Part shown: in pieces, positions 1 to 11,188 of the stretch
Layout of the letters: each line of letters begins with the position of its first letter
Numbering within the stretch: the stretch's first letter is position 1
Assembly: GCA_963754085.1 (NCBI GenBank)
Contig: CAVWFA010000003.1
Coordinates: 135,854-199,853 of the forward strand
Direction: 5' to 3'
From: Candidatus Aminicenantes bacterium
GTDB taxonomy: Bacteria; Acidobacteriota; Aminicenantia; Aminicenantales; Saccharicenantaceae
DNA length: 64,000 bases
The notes under the pieces: generated by a model
What the model saw: the letters and a program-made list of their open reading frames with translations, nothing else
The model's database searches: none
Told to the model about the DNA's origin: nothing
Position numbers and translations under genes: made by a program

Positions 1-132
1 GGTCTCCCGGTCGTCCTTGATGACGGCCAGCGCGTTGACCAGGGCCCGCTTCGTCTTGACGATGGCATAGGTCCCGGGCGCGACGACGGCCCGCCCGTTC
101 CGGAAGTACTCGCGCAGGCTGCTGCGTTTCAT
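1..132 (-). CDS. hypothetical protein, N-terminal 44 codons only (gene runs off the window start)
   Basis: ATG at 130-132 overlaps the stop of the upstream glmU-like gene (ATGA junction). Translation is [44 protein letters not shown]. No family recognised. Confidence 0.35.
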   Translation of the reverse strand, partial: MKRSSLREYFRNGRAVVAPGTYAIVKTKRALVNALAVIKDDRET

Positions 133-1448
133 GGTCTCCCCCCCTTGCGGACGGCTTTCCGCGCCCGCGCCCGTTCCAGGACCCAGCCCGGCTTCTCCAC
201 CTGGCGCGCCCGGGCGATGGCCAGAGCGCCGGCGGCCACGTCCTTGGTGATGGTGGAGCCGGCGGCGACATAGGCGCCCCGCCCGACCGTGACCGGGGCG
301 ACGAGCTCGGTCCCCGAGCCGATGAAGGCCCCGGCGCCGATGCGGGTGGGATTCTTGGCGACGCCGTCGTAGTTGCAGGTGATCGTCCCGGCCCCGACGT
401 TGACGTCCTCCCCGACGGTGCTGTCGCCGAGGTAGCTCAGGTGCTGGGCCTTGGAGCCGGGCCCGAAATCGGTGTTCTTCATTTCGACGAAGTTGCCCAC
501 CCGGGCTCCGGTCCGGACCCGGGTCTTCGGCCGGAAGCGGGAGAACGGGCCGACCTGGACGTCGTTCTCGAGGACCGTGTCCTCGATGACCGTGGACGTC
601 AGGACCTTGACCCGGGCGCCGAGGGTCGAAGCCATGATATGGACGTGGGGACGGATCGAGCCGTCGGCGCCGATCCGCGTCGGCCCCTCGATGACGACGG
701 ACGGATAGACGACCGTGCGGGGACCGATGCGGACGGCCCAGTCGATCCAGGCCGACAAGGGATCGAGCAGGACGACCCCGGCGCGGGCCAAGGCCTCGTT
801 CTTCCGCCGCCGCAGCTCCCGGGCCGCCAGGCCGACCGCGACCGCGTCGCGGACCGGGAGGGTCTCGGCGCCGTCCGGGCATTCGTAGAAGCCGACCTTC
901 TTCCCCGCCTTCGTCAGCCGGAGTGCCAGGGCCTCGAAACCGGCGGCGGCCCGCGCCGGCAGACGCGCCGTGAGCAGGGGGAAGACGTCCGACGAACGGA
1001 CGGCCAGGATGCCGGCCAGGCCGGCCTCCAACCCGCCGGTGAGGAACGTCAGCGACGAGCCCTTGGCCGCATGGGCCCGGAGCAGGGCTTTCAACGTCCG
1101 GCCGCTGACGAGAGGCCTGTCGGCCGGGATGGCGAGGATGTCGCATTCGGGGTAGCGTTCGAGGATCGGGCGCACGGCCGCGAGAACGGCCAGAAGGGCG
1201 GGCCGCCGGGCACTCGCCCGTTCACCGGCGGAGAGCAGGAAGACGGGCCTGGCCGTTTCGACGCCCTTGATCAGGTTCTCCCAACCGTCCCGGCCGGCAT
1301 CCTCGGCCCCGGAGATGACCAGGACCGCGTCCGGGTCGAGCCCGAGCGCCGCATCGAGGACGTAGGCGCCAAGGGGCCGTCCCAGGACCGTCTGGAAGAC
1401 CGTCCGCTCTCCCCCCCCCGAAAAAAGAACGACGGTCTTTCGTTTCAT
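129..1448 (-). CDS. glmU: GlmU-like protein: hexapeptide-repeat acetyltransferase C-domain plus a divergent N-terminal nucleotidyltransferase-like domain
   Basis: ORF 129..1595. I chose the internal start MKRKTVVLF (in frame) because it forms an ATGA overlap with the stop of the TPR gene. The C-terminal half carries the GlmU-type left-handed beta-helix signature ([44 protein letters not shown]). Confidence 0.7.
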   Translation of the reverse strand: MKRKTVVLFSGGGERTVFQTVLGRPLGAYVLDAALGLDPDAVLVISGAEDAGRDGWENLIKGVETARPVFLLSAGERASARRPALLAVLAAVRPILERYPECDILAIPADRPLVSGRTLKALLRAHAAKGSSLTFLTGGLEAGLAGILAVRSSDVFPLLTARLPARAAAGFEALALRLTKAGKKVGFYECPDGAETLPVRDAVAVGLAARELRRRKNEALARAGVVLLDPLSAWIDWAVRIGPRTVVYPSVVIEGPTRIGADGSIRPHVHIMASTLGARVKVLTSTVIEDTVLENDVQVGPFSRFRPKTRVRTGARVGNFVEMKNTDFGPGSKAQHLSYLGDSTVGEDVNVGAGTITCNYDGVAKNPTRIGAGAFIGSGTELVAPVTVGRGAYVAAGSTITKDVAAGALAIARARQVEKPGWVLERARARKAVRKGGRP

Positions 1449-1951
1449 ACGAGCTTGGTGATCAGCTTGAACTTCTTGTCTTCCCACAGGGCTTCGAAGT
1501 CGGGCTCGTTCTGGGCGACGATGGCGAAGTTCTTGTCCTTCTGGACGGCCTTCCTGAGCAGCTCGAGGGCGTCGTCGGCCTGGCCCATCAGACAATGGGC
1601 ATCGGCCAGCAGATAGTGGACGAGCCCCTCCCTCTCCTTGTATTCCAGGGCCTTCTCGAGGGCCTTGACCGCGCCGGGGTAATCCTTCTGGTTGATCCTG
1701 GCGACGGCAAAGCGGTAATGGTCCTCGAAGCTCTTGAGGGGCGGGTTGTCCTTCTTCGGACGCTTCTGGACGATGGCGAGATAGGCCTTGGCCCGATCGA
1801 CCACTTCCTTGTCGACCGGATATTTCTCGATGAAGTCCTTGAACGACGCGGTGGCCTTGTCGAATTCGCCCTTCTGGAACTCCTTGACGGCCTGGCCGAA
1901 CGCCGCCAGGGCCTTCTGATACTCGTCCTTTTTCGATCGTTGTTCGCGCAC
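1445..1951 (-). CDS. TPR-repeat protein
   Basis: ORF 1445..2092. The helical-repeat sequence ([45 protein letters not shown]) looks TPR-like. I prefer a GTG start at 1951, preceded by GAGAGGAA. A TTGTCA-17-TAAAAT promoter-like motif lies just upstream on the minus strand. The start is uncertain. Confidence 0.55.
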   Translation of the reverse strand: MREQRSKKDEYQKALAAFGQAVKEFQKGEFDKATASFKDFIEKYPVDKEVVDRAKAYLAIVQKRPKKDNPPLKSFEDHYRFAVARINQKDYPGAVKALEKALEYKEREGLVHYLLADAHCLMGQADDALELLRKAVQKDKNFAIVAQNEPDFEALWEDKKFKLITKLV

Positions 1952-2102
1952 GGTTGTTCCTCTCGATACCGGATGAATTGCGCTTATTTTACACGAGATG
2001 CCGTTTTTTGACAACAACCCCCGGGCCCCTCGGGGCGATTTGCCGGCGACCCTTTCCCGCCGGCCCCGGGAATGACCGAAAAGGCTTGGCATCTGTGGTA
2101 GA

Positions 2103-2855
2103 ATGGCGGGGATGAAGAAGCGGCTGGAAGAGATCCTGGAGAAGGTCCGCGACGGCCAGCTGACGCCCGCCCAGGCCCTCGAGAGACTCGAGGACTTTCC
2201 CTATTGCGACCTCGATTTCGCCAAGGTCGACCACCTCCGCGAAGTGGCCAAGGGCACGCCGGAGATCGTCTTCGGCCTGGGCAAGACGCCCGTCCAGATC
2301 GTCCGCATCTCCCGGGAGATCCTCAAGAAGGGCTCCAATCTCCTGGTCACCCGCGTCGAGCCGGCGGTCTGGGCCAAGGTCAAGGGCAAGATCCCCGGGG
2401 CCGCCTACAACGAAGCGGCCCGGACGGTCAGCCGTCTCCAGGCCAAGCCGCCCGCCGGCCGGGGCACGATCGTCGTCCTGACCGCCGGAACTTCGGACAT
2501 ACCGGTCGCCGAAGAGGCCGCGGTGACGGCGGAGATGCTGGGCAACGCCGTCGAACGCATCTACGATGTCGGGGTGGCGGGGCTGCACCGCCTCCTCGGC
2601 CAGTACGAGCGCCTCCGCCGGGCCCGCGTGATCGTCGCCGTGGCCGGCATGGAGGGCGCGCTGCCGAGCGTCGTCGCCGGCCTGGTCAAGGTCCCGGTCG
2701 TCGCCGTGCCGACGAGCATCGGCTACGGCGCCAGCTTCAAGGGGCTGGCCGCCCTGCTGGCCATGCTCAACGCCTGTCCGGGGGGTGTCGCTGTGGTCAA
2801 CATCGACAACGGCTTCGGGGCCGCCTTCCTGGCCAGCCAGATCAACCACCTCTAG
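2103..2855 (+). CDS. larB: LarB-type (PurE/NCAIR-mutase-related) nickel-pincer cofactor biosynthesis protein
   Basis: 250 aa. N-terminal helical region followed by a PurE-like domain (TAGTSDIPVAEEA, VAGMEGALPSVVAG, VPTSIGYG) typical of LarB family proteins. Confidence 0.8.
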   Translation: MAGMKKRLEEILEKVRDGQLTPAQALERLEDFPYCDLDFAKVDHLREVAKGTPEIVFGLGKTPVQIVRISREILKKGSNLLVTRVEPAVWAKVKGKIPGAAYNEAARTVSRLQAKPPAGRGTIVVLTAGTSDIPVAEEAAVTAEMLGNAVERIYDVGVAGLHRLLGQYERLRRARVIVAVAGMEGALPSVVAGLVKVPVVAVPTSIGYGASFKGLAALLAMLNACPGGVAVVNIDNGFGAAFLASQINHL

Positions 2856-2909
2856 CGCGGAAAAACGGACGGCCATCGTCCGAAAAACATAGCGGGTCAG
2901 AAGCATTTC

Positions 2910-4634
2910 ATGGAGATCATTGATCAGGTCCGGGGGGCCTCGTCGATCGTCGAGATCGCCTCCCAGTATACGACCTTGAAGAGGCGGGGCCGGAAATGGG
3001 TCGGCTTGTGCCCGTTCCACACCGAAAAGACCCCGTCCTTCACCGTCGATGAGGACAAGCAGCTCTACCACTGCTTCGGCTGCGGGGTCGGCGGGGACGT
3101 GTTCTCGCTCGTCATGGAGAGGGAGAACCTGACCTTCCCCGAGGCCCTCAGGAGCCTGGGCGAGCGCTATCACGTCCCGATGCCGGCCCAGCAGAGGGTC
3201 CGTCCCGAGGTCCTCAAGCTCGAGGAGAAGCTGTTCAAGACGAACGAGCTCGCCCTCGGCTATTTCAGGAAGAATCTCGTCGGGACCGCGGAGGGGAAGA
3301 AGGCCCTCGATTACCTGAAAAAGCGGGGGCTGTCGGACGAGACCATCCAAACGCTCAAGATCGGCTACGCCCTGAACGCCTGGACGGCCCTCATCGATTT
3401 CTTCAAGTCCAAGGACGTGCCGATCTCCCTGCTCGAGAAGGGCGGGCTGGCCCTGCCCGGGACGCGGCCGGGGGAATACCGCGACCGCTTCCGGGGCCGG
3501 GTCATCTTTCCCATCTTCAGCCTGACCGGCCGGGTGGTCGCCTTCGGCGGCCGGACGGTCGTCGACGCCGAGCCGAAATACCTCAACTCGCCGGAAACGC
3601 CCCTCTACTCCAAGGGCAAGCTCCTCTACGGGCTCAATTTCACCAAGGACGCCATCCGGCGGGAGGGAGCCTCCATCCTGGTCGAGGGCTATACCGATTT
3701 CTCGTCGCTCTACCAGGCCGGCATCACCAACGTCGTCGCCTCGCTCGGCACGGCCCTGACGCCCTGGCAGGTCGGACAGGTCATGCGCTTCGCCTCGCGC
3801 CTCATCGTCAGCTACGACGGCGACAGCGCCGGGCGGACGGCCGCGGCCAGGGCCGTGCCGCTGGGCCTCGAGAAGGGCCTGAACATCGAAGTCCTCGTCC
3901 TGCCGGACGACCTCGATCCCGACGCCTACCTCAGGAAGCACGGCCGCGACCGTTACCTGGCCGCGCTGAAGAAGACCGTCACCGGACTGGATTTCCTGGT
4001 CGATGCCCTCAGCGCCGGCGTTTCCATGAACATCCCCGAAGAAAAGGGCCGGATCGCGCGGGCCGTCGTCCGGGAGATCGAGAAGGTTCCCGACGCCGTC
4101 GCCCGGAGCGAATATCTGAGGCGGGCCAGCGCCAAGCTCGGCATCTCGGAGGAGCTCGTCCGCAACATTGTCGAGAACAGGGCCCCGGACAAGGGACCCG
4201 AGGAGGCCGGGCTCTTCTGCCCGGCCGAGAAGCGTCTCTTCCAGATCCTGATGGGCGACCGGACGCTCGCCCCCGACATCTTCGCCGAGTGCGGCGAGGA
4301 GATCTTCGAGGGGCTGCGGAGCGAGCCGATCTTCCGCCACATCCTGGAGTGTTTCAAGACCGACGGGGACTGGAGCTTCGCCGGCCTGCAGGGCAAGGTC
4401 CCGCCGGCCTTGCTGTCGCAGCTGGCCCGGGCCCTGTTCGAGAAGTCGTCGGCCGGCTCCGTCGAGGAAGCCCAGGAATGCCTGCGGTCCCTGCGCCGGG
4501 TCCACCTGCAGAACCGGCTCAAGGACATTCAGCAGAAGATCGCCCGGTCCGAGAAGAAGGGGGAGAAGGAGGAGCTCTTGGCCCTTCTCTACCAGAAGCA
4601 GGACGTGACCAAGCAGATCTTGTCGATGCCGTGA
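2910..4634 (+). CDS. dnaG: DNA primase
   Basis: CHC2 zinc finger (CPFHTEKTPSFTV..YHCFGCG), RNA polymerase core and TOPRIM motif (VEGYTDF). Sits directly upstream of rpoD. Confidence 0.95.
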   Translation: MEIIDQVRGASSIVEIASQYTTLKRRGRKWVGLCPFHTEKTPSFTVDEDKQLYHCFGCGVGGDVFSLVMERENLTFPEALRSLGERYHVPMPAQQRVRPEVLKLEEKLFKTNELALGYFRKNLVGTAEGKKALDYLKKRGLSDETIQTLKIGYALNAWTALIDFFKSKDVPISLLEKGGLALPGTRPGEYRDRFRGRVIFPIFSLTGRVVAFGGRTVVDAEPKYLNSPETPLYSKGKLLYGLNFTKDAIRREGASILVEGYTDFSSLYQAGITNVVASLGTALTPWQVGQVMRFASRLIVSYDGDSAGRTAAARAVPLGLEKGLNIEVLVLPDDLDPDAYLRKHGRDRYLAALKKTVTGLDFLVDALSAGVSMNIPEEKGRIARAVVREIEKVPDAVARSEYLRRASAKLGISEELVRNIVENRAPDKGPEEAGLFCPAEKRLFQILMGDRTLAPDIFAECGEEIFEGLRSEPIFRHILECFKTDGDWSFAGLQGKVPPALLSQLARALFEKSSAGSVEEAQECLRSLRRVHLQNRLKDIQQKIARSEKKGEKEELLALLYQKQDVTKQILSMP

Positions 4635-4690
4635 ACGGGAAGAAAAGGCCATGACCATCCGTCAAAAAGCATGGCAGGATCGGAAAAGAG

Positions 4691-6316
<1,626 letters not shown>

Positions 6317-6537
6317 GCCCCTCCCGTCCGGCCGTGGAGGGGTCTCGGAGATCCGCTCCGTTCGCTGCGGTGAATCTTCACGCCGTCCCGGTCCGGAGCC
6401 CGTTCTTAGGTCTCCGTCCCGAGGCCGGCTAATTCACCGCTTTATGCTCACTCCGGGATCCCCTCAACCCCTTCTTCCCCGGCTTCGAGGTCCAGCCCTT
6501 TCGATGCGCGATAGATTCCCTTAGCGCCGTCGTTTAA

Positions 6538-6566
6538 TTGACGCACCATCAATATTTTGTTATAAA
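6538..6566 (+). promoter_or_regulatory. sigma-70-like promoter for the tRNA gene (TTGACG-17-TATAAA)
   Basis: TTGACG at 6538-6543, a 17-nt AT-rich spacer, then TATAAA at 6561-6566. This is about 10 nt upstream of the mature tRNA 5' end. Confidence 0.5.
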
Positions 6567-6576
6567 GGGGGGCCGA

Positions 6577-6648
6577 GGGCCTATAGCTCAGTGGTAGAGC
6601 TACCGGCTCATAACCGGTTGGTCCCAGGTTCGAATCCTGGTAGGCCCA
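6577..6648 (+). tRNA. tRNA with anticodon CAT (elongator Met, or Ile2/lysidine type); not an initiator
   Basis: Cloverleaf folded by hand: acceptor GGGCCTA/TAGGCCC, D arm GCTC/GAGC, anticodon arm ACCGG-CTCATAA-CCGGT, T arm CCAGG-TTCGAAT-CCTGG, discriminator A, no encoded CCA. The 1:72 pair is G:C, so it is not tRNA-fMet. Confidence 0.9.
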
Positions 6649-6676
6649 TCGGACCGAGAACGAGGTTCAACGGATA

Positions 6677-7420
6677 GTGGAAATCGACTTCGACCTGATC
6701 ATCGAGCTCCAGCGGCTGGACTCCGAGCTCCGCGAAGCCTCCCTCGTCCTCGAAGGCATCCCCCGCCTCGTCCAGGACGTCGACAAGCGGATCCAGGCGA
6801 CCACCAAGCTCGTCGCCGACGCCAAGGACAAGATGTCCCAGAACCAGAAGAAGCGCCGCGACCTGGAGAACGACGTCAAGGACATGAAGGGCCAAGCCGG
6901 CAAATACAAGCGGCAGCTGAACGAGGTCAAGACCAACAAGGAATACACCGCCCTCCTCCACGAGATCGAGGAAACCCAGCAAAAGGTCGATACGCTCGAG
7001 GAGGCCATCATCGCCGAGATGCTGGCCGCCGACGACGTCGAGGAGGAGATCAAGGCCGCCCTCCACAAGCAGGGCACGGAAGAGGACGTCCTCAAGAAAG
7101 AGAAGATCGTCCTCGACGAGAAGATGAAGGAGACCGAGGCCCGCTTCGCCGCCCTCAGCAAGGAGCGCGAGGCCCTGCTGCCCCGCATCCCCCGCGAGCA
7201 GCTCCAGCTCTACGAGGCCATCTACCAGAAGAAGGGCGGCACCGCCCTTTCCCCCGTGACCGGCGACTTCTGCGCCATGTGCCACATGCGCGTCCGCCCG
7301 CAGATGCTGAACGAGATCCGGGACAAGACCAAGGTCATCCCCTGCGAGGCCTGCGGCCGGATCCTCTACTGGACGGCCAAGCCCGAGCCGGTCAAGTCCG
7401 AGCCCCAGGCCGGGGAATAA
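6677..7420 (+). CDS. coiled-coil protein with C-terminal C4 zinc ribbon (COG1579 / DUF164-like)
   Basis: 247 aa. A long charged helical region is followed by CAMCHMRV..(17)..CEACGRILY. GTG start. Confidence 0.8.
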   Translation: MEIDFDLIIELQRLDSELREASLVLEGIPRLVQDVDKRIQATTKLVADAKDKMSQNQKKRRDLENDVKDMKGQAGKYKRQLNEVKTNKEYTALLHEIEETQQKVDTLEEAIIAEMLAADDVEEEIKAALHKQGTEEDVLKKEKIVLDEKMKETEARFAALSKEREALLPRIPREQLQLYEAIYQKKGGTALSPVTGDFCAMCHMRVRPQMLNEIRDKTKVIPCEACGRILYWTAKPEPVKSEPQAGE

Positions 7421-7438
7421 TCCCCTCGCTCGCCGGCG

Positions 7439-9244
7439 TCAGCCCCCGATCCCCCCGTCTTCACCCTCTTCCCGGTACAGGGCGTCGATCGCCTCCTGGT
7501 ACTCGGACGTGACGTTGGCCCGCCGGACCTTGAGCGAAGGCGTGATCTCGCCCCTCTCGATGTCGAAATCGCGCGGCAGGATGACGATCCTCTTGACCTT
7601 CTCGTAGGACGCGAGGAGCGGTGTCGCCCGGTCGGCCTCGGCCTTGAGGAAGTCGACGATCCGGCGGTTCTTGCAGAGCTCGTCGACCGTGGCGAAGGCG
7701 ATCCCCTGGGCCTTGGCATAGGCCTGGAGCTTCTCGAAATCGGGCACGACCAGGGCCGCGATGAACCGGCGGCGGTCGCCGATGACCACGGCGTTCACGA
7801 TGTAGGGGCTTGTCTTGAGCAGGTTCTCGATCGGCTGGGGGGCGATGTTCTTCCCGCCCGAGGTGACAATGAGGTCTTTCTTGCGGTCGGTGATGACGAG
7901 AAAGCCGTCGGCGTCGAGGTGGCCGATATCGCCGGTATGGAACCAGCCGCCCTCCATGATCTCCCGCGTCTCGGCCTCCTTCTTATAGTAGCCCTTCATG
8001 ATGTTGGGCCCCCGGGCCAGGATCTCGCCGTCCGCGGCGATCCGGATGTCGATGCCGGGGGCCGGCTTGCCGACCGTCCCCAGCCGGATGGCCTCGAAGG
8101 TGTTGATGGACAGGAGGGGCGAGGTCTCGGTCAGGCCGTAGCCTTCGAGGATGACCAACCCGACGGCGTAGAAGAACTCGGCGATGTCCTTCGAGAGCGG
8201 GGCCCCGCCGGAGACGAAGAAGCGGACCCGGCCTCCGGTCTTGGCGATGATCTTGGAGAAGACGAGCTTCGCGGCGACCGAGCGGCGGAGCGCCAGCCCG
8301 CCGGGGATCGGCTTCCCCTCGAGCTTCAGCGCCCCGTAGGCCCGGCCGACCTGGAGGGCCCAGAAAAAGATCCTGCGCCGCAGGGCGGGGCTGGCCAGGA
8401 CCTGATCCATGACCTTGGCATAGATCTTCTCGAAGACCCGGGGCACGCTGACCATGATGTGGGGCCGGACCTCGAGAAGATTCTTGGCCACGGCTTCGAC
8501 GCTCTCGGCGAAGCCGATCGTGCAGCCCTTGTAGACATAGGTGAACATGACCATGCGCTCGAGGATATGGGACAGCGGCAGGAAGGACAGGACCGTGTCC
8601 TTGGAGGAGAACTCGATGAGGTCCGACGCGGTCTTGATGTTGCTGACGAGGTTGTCGTGCGTCAGGATGACGCCTTTGGGGACGCCGGTCGTCCCCGACG
8701 TGTAGATCAGCGTCGCCGCGTCCTCGGGCTTGATCCGGGCGACGAGCGTATCGTACAGGCCCGGCTCGGCCGCGGCCGCGGCTTTCCCCTTCTCCAGGAC
8801 GGCCGCGAGCGTCAGGACGCCGGCCGGGGCCTCCTCGGCGAAGGTGATGTAATGCTTGACCTTGGTCAGCCCGGCCCGCAACGGCTCGATCTTCTTCCAA
8901 TGATCGGCGTTGGAGACGACGACGACGGTGGCGTCGGAATCATCGATGATGTAGCGGGCCTGTTCCGAGACGAGCGTCGTGTAGATCGGCACGGTCAGGC
9001 CGCCGGCCGTCAGGGCCGCGAAGTCGGTCATCGTCCAGTCCGGCCTGTTCTCGGACAGGAGGCAGAGCTTCTGGCCGGCTTCGAAGCCGAGGGCCCGGAG
9101 TCCGAGCGCAAGGTGCTTGACGCTCGTCCCGAACTCCGCTGCGGAAATAGGCCCGTAGGCGCCGTCCTTCTTGAACAGCATGAAGTCCGGCTTGGGGTAC
9201 GTCGTCACCGAATGGACCAGGAGCTGGGCGAGCGTCGTCACCAT
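7439..9244 (-). CDS. long-chain fatty acid--CoA ligase (AMP-dependent synthetase)
   Basis: 601 aa. AMP-binding motif YTSGTTGVPKGV, GYGLTETS, and TGDIG..DGFL.ITDRKKD. Confidence 0.9.
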   Translation of the reverse strand: MVTTLAQLLVHSVTTYPKPDFMLFKKDGAYGPISAAEFGTSVKHLALGLRALGFEAGQKLCLLSENRPDWTMTDFAALTAGGLTVPIYTTLVSEQARYIIDDSDATVVVVSNADHWKKIEPLRAGLTKVKHYITFAEEAPAGVLTLAAVLEKGKAAAAAEPGLYDTLVARIKPEDAATLIYTSGTTGVPKGVILTHDNLVSNIKTASDLIEFSSKDTVLSFLPLSHILERMVMFTYVYKGCTIGFAESVEAVAKNLLEVRPHIMVSVPRVFEKIYAKVMDQVLASPALRRRIFFWALQVGRAYGALKLEGKPIPGGLALRRSVAAKLVFSKIIAKTGGRVRFFVSGGAPLSKDIAEFFYAVGLVILEGYGLTETSPLLSINTFEAIRLGTVGKPAPGIDIRIAADGEILARGPNIMKGYYKKEAETREIMEGGWFHTGDIGHLDADGFLVITDRKKDLIVTSGGKNIAPQPIENLLKTSPYIVNAVVIGDRRRFIAALVVPDFEKLQAYAKAQGIAFATVDELCKNRRIVDFLKAEADRATPLLASYEKVKRIVILPRDFDIERGEITPSLKVRRANVTSEYQEAIDALYREEGEDGGIGG

Positions 9245-9299
9245 GTTTTCCCTCTCTTCTTGAAAAGTGGCCTGATTGTAGTTTCCCCAACGGGGCGTG

Positions 9300-9989
9300 T
9301 CAAGCCGCGTAGATCTTGCCGTCGCGCAGCTCGATCGTCCTCCGGGCCAGGGCGGCCAGCCGCGGGTTGTGGGTGACGAGGACGACGGTCAGCCCTTCCC
9401 GCTCGTTGAGGTCCTTGAGGATCGCGCCGATCTCCTCGCTCCGGGCCGTGTCAAGATTGCCCGTGGGCTCGTCGGCGAGCAGGATGGCCGGCTTGTTGAC
9501 CAGGGCCCGGGCGATGGCCACCCGCTGCATCTCCCCGCCCGAAAGCTGGCCGGGCAGGTGGTTGGCCCGCTTGTCCAGGCCGAGGATCTTGAGGACGCGG
9601 CCAACGTCCTCCTCGGCGCCCGCCTTTTTGAAGAAGGTGAAGGGCAGGATGACATTCTCGAGGACGGTCAGTGTCGAGATGAGGTAGAACTTCTGGAAGA
9701 TGTAGCCGAAGACGTCCCGCCGGATCCGCGTCAGCTTGGACTCCGAGAGGCCTTGGCAGTTCTCGAAGACGACGCGGCCGTCGAGGAGGAGCCGGCCCGA
9801 GGTCGGGTTGTCCAGACAGCCGAGGACGTTGATGAGCGTCGTCTTCCCGGATCCGGACGGCCCGACGACCGCAATGAAAGCCCCTTGTTCGACCTGGAGG
9901 GAGACGTCGTCGACGGCATAGATCTCCTCCGGGCCGCGGCGGTAGAGGCGCTTCAGGTTCTGCGCGTCGATCGAGTAGCGGGCGCTCAT
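9300..9989 (-). CDS. ABC transporter ATP-binding protein (MacB/LolD-like)
   Basis: Internal start MSARYS within ORF 9300..10748, forming an ATGA overlap with the permease stop. Walker A GPSGSGKTT, signature LSGGEMQRV, Walker B ILLADEPT. Confidence 0.9.
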   Translation of the reverse strand: MSARYSIDAQNLKRLYRRGPEEIYAVDDVSLQVEQGAFIAVVGPSGSGKTTLINVLGCLDNPTSGRLLLDGRVVFENCQGLSESKLTRIRRDVFGYIFQKFYLISTLTVLENVILPFTFFKKAGAEEDVGRVLKILGLDKRANHLPGQLSGGEMQRVAIARALVNKPAILLADEPTGNLDTARSEEIGAILKDLNEREGLTVVLVTHNPRLAALARRTIELRDGKIYAA

Positions 9990-11182
9990 GATTCCACCTC
10001 GCTGCGGATGGTATCGAGCGGCCGCATCCGGGCCGCCTTCCACGAGGGGTAGATGCCGCTGGCCAGGCCGATGGCCGTGACCACGCCGAGGGCCATGAGG
10101 ACCAGCCCGAGGTCGATGGCCACGAGTCCTCCGCTCGGCGAGTACGGCAGGAGGTTCCGGACGAGGAGGTCCGTCAGCCGGGCGGTCAGCAGGGCCAGGC
10201 CCGTGCCGATGAGGCCGCCCCCGAGGCAGAGGATGATCGTCTCGAGCCAGACCAGCTTGAAGACGTCGCCGGCCATGGCCCCCATGGACTTGAGGATGCC
10301 GATCTCCTGGCGCCTCTCCATGACCGACATCAGGACCGTGTTGACGACGCCCATCATGGCGATGAGGATGGCGATGAGGGCGATCGAGAAGACCATGACC
10401 CGGGCCGTGGAGACGAGGGTCATGATGGTCGTCTTGACCTGGCTCAGGCTGACGACCTGGACGTCCGGCAGCTTGTACATCTTGTCCTCGAAGGCCTTCA
10501 TGTCCGCGTCCTTCTTGACCTTGATGCCGATGGACGTCAGCTCGCGGACGCCGAAGATCTTCTGGACGGTCTTGATGGGCAGGAAGATCGTGCCGTCGTC
10601 CTGCGTGCCGGTCCGCTCGAGGATGCCGACGACCTTGACCTCGACCTCTTTTTCGGGGATGAGGTAGAGGTCGCCGACCTCGCGTTGCTCGAGCTCGGCG
10701 ACTTCGTAGCCGAAGACGGCTTCGGCCGCCTCGGGCTCCTTGAACCAACCGCCGGTTTTGAAGGGCAGGGCGCTTTTCATTTTGGGGAAGGAGACCGGGT
10801 CGACGCCGAGGAAGGCGGCCAGTCCCCCGCTCTCGCCCTTGTTCGGGTCGAAGACGACCTGCATGAGCATGGGCGTCACGCCGTCGACCTCGGGCTCGCC
10901 GGCCACGGCCTTGACGATGTCCTCATTCATGTACTTGAGGCCCGTGCCGCCCTTGAGCATGAGCGTCGCGGCCTCGTAGGGGCAGCCCTTGGCCACGACG
11001 AGCATCTGGAAGCCGAGGTTGTCGATGTCCTTGTTGAGCGAGGCCTCGTAACCCCGGTTGAAGCCGAACAGGCTGACCAGGACCCAGGCCGCCATGGCGA
11101 TGCCCAGGATGGTCAGCAAGCTCCGCGTCTTTTTGCGGAGGAGATTCTTATAGGCCACTTCGAAGACGCTGATCTTTTTCAT
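9986..11182 (-). CDS. ABC transporter permease, FtsX/MacB type
   Basis: 398 aa. N-terminal TM helix, large periplasmic domain, then a C-terminal FtsX-like 3-TM bundle (ILKSMGA motif). Confidence 0.9.
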   Translation of the reverse strand: MKKISVFEVAYKNLLRKKTRSLLTILGIAMAAWVLVSLFGFNRGYEASLNKDIDNLGFQMLVVAKGCPYEAATLMLKGGTGLKYMNEDIVKAVAGEPEVDGVTPMLMQVVFDPNKGESGGLAAFLGVDPVSFPKMKSALPFKTGGWFKEPEAAEAVFGYEVAELEQREVGDLYLIPEKEVEVKVVGILERTGTQDDGTIFLPIKTVQKIFGVRELTSIGIKVKKDADMKAFEDKMYKLPDVQVVSLSQVKTTIMTLVSTARVMVFSIALIAILIAMMGVVNTVLMSVMERRQEIGILKSMGAMAGDVFKLVWLETIILCLGGGLIGTGLALLTARLTDLLVRNLLPYSPSGGLVAIDLGLVLMALGVVTAIGLASGIYPSWKAARMRPLDTIRSEVES

Positions 11183-11188
11183 GGGATC

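Noticed and set aside
1989-4658. Very long ORFs antisense to, or out of frame with, recognised genes. Examples: 1989..4658(-), 4589..6313(-), 13382..15175(-), 19887..23012(-), 20615..23005(+), 24361..25809(+), 26598..29141(+), 37453..39318(+), 45222..47657(-), 52704..55889(-), 59601..62003(+).
   Set aside because: Their translations are low-complexity Arg/Gly/Pro/Ala/Asp-rich strings with no motifs. They overlap genes with unambiguous conserved motifs on the other strand or frame. High GC3 content suppresses stop codons in the alternative frames.
6317-6537. A possible small RNA or gene in the 220 bp between rpoD and the tRNA promoter.
   Set aside because: Only a weak hairpin after rpoD (CCCCTCC-N11-GGAGGGG, no U tract) and a short palindrome (GTGAAtcTTCAC) are visible. 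There is nothing I can support as a feature.
6577-6648. The tRNA as an initiator tRNA-fMet.
   Set aside because: Positions 1:72 form a normal G:C pair, and the anticodon stem lacks the three consecutive G:C pairs typical of initiators.
9955-10025. An apparent extra base at about 9960 and a missing base at about 10020, plus a 1-nt discrepancy near 51344, when I counted the printed sequence by hand.
   Set aside because: The ORF track shows uninterrupted, motif-complete ORFs across these positions. I treat the discrepancy as my own reading or counting error, not as a biological frameshift.
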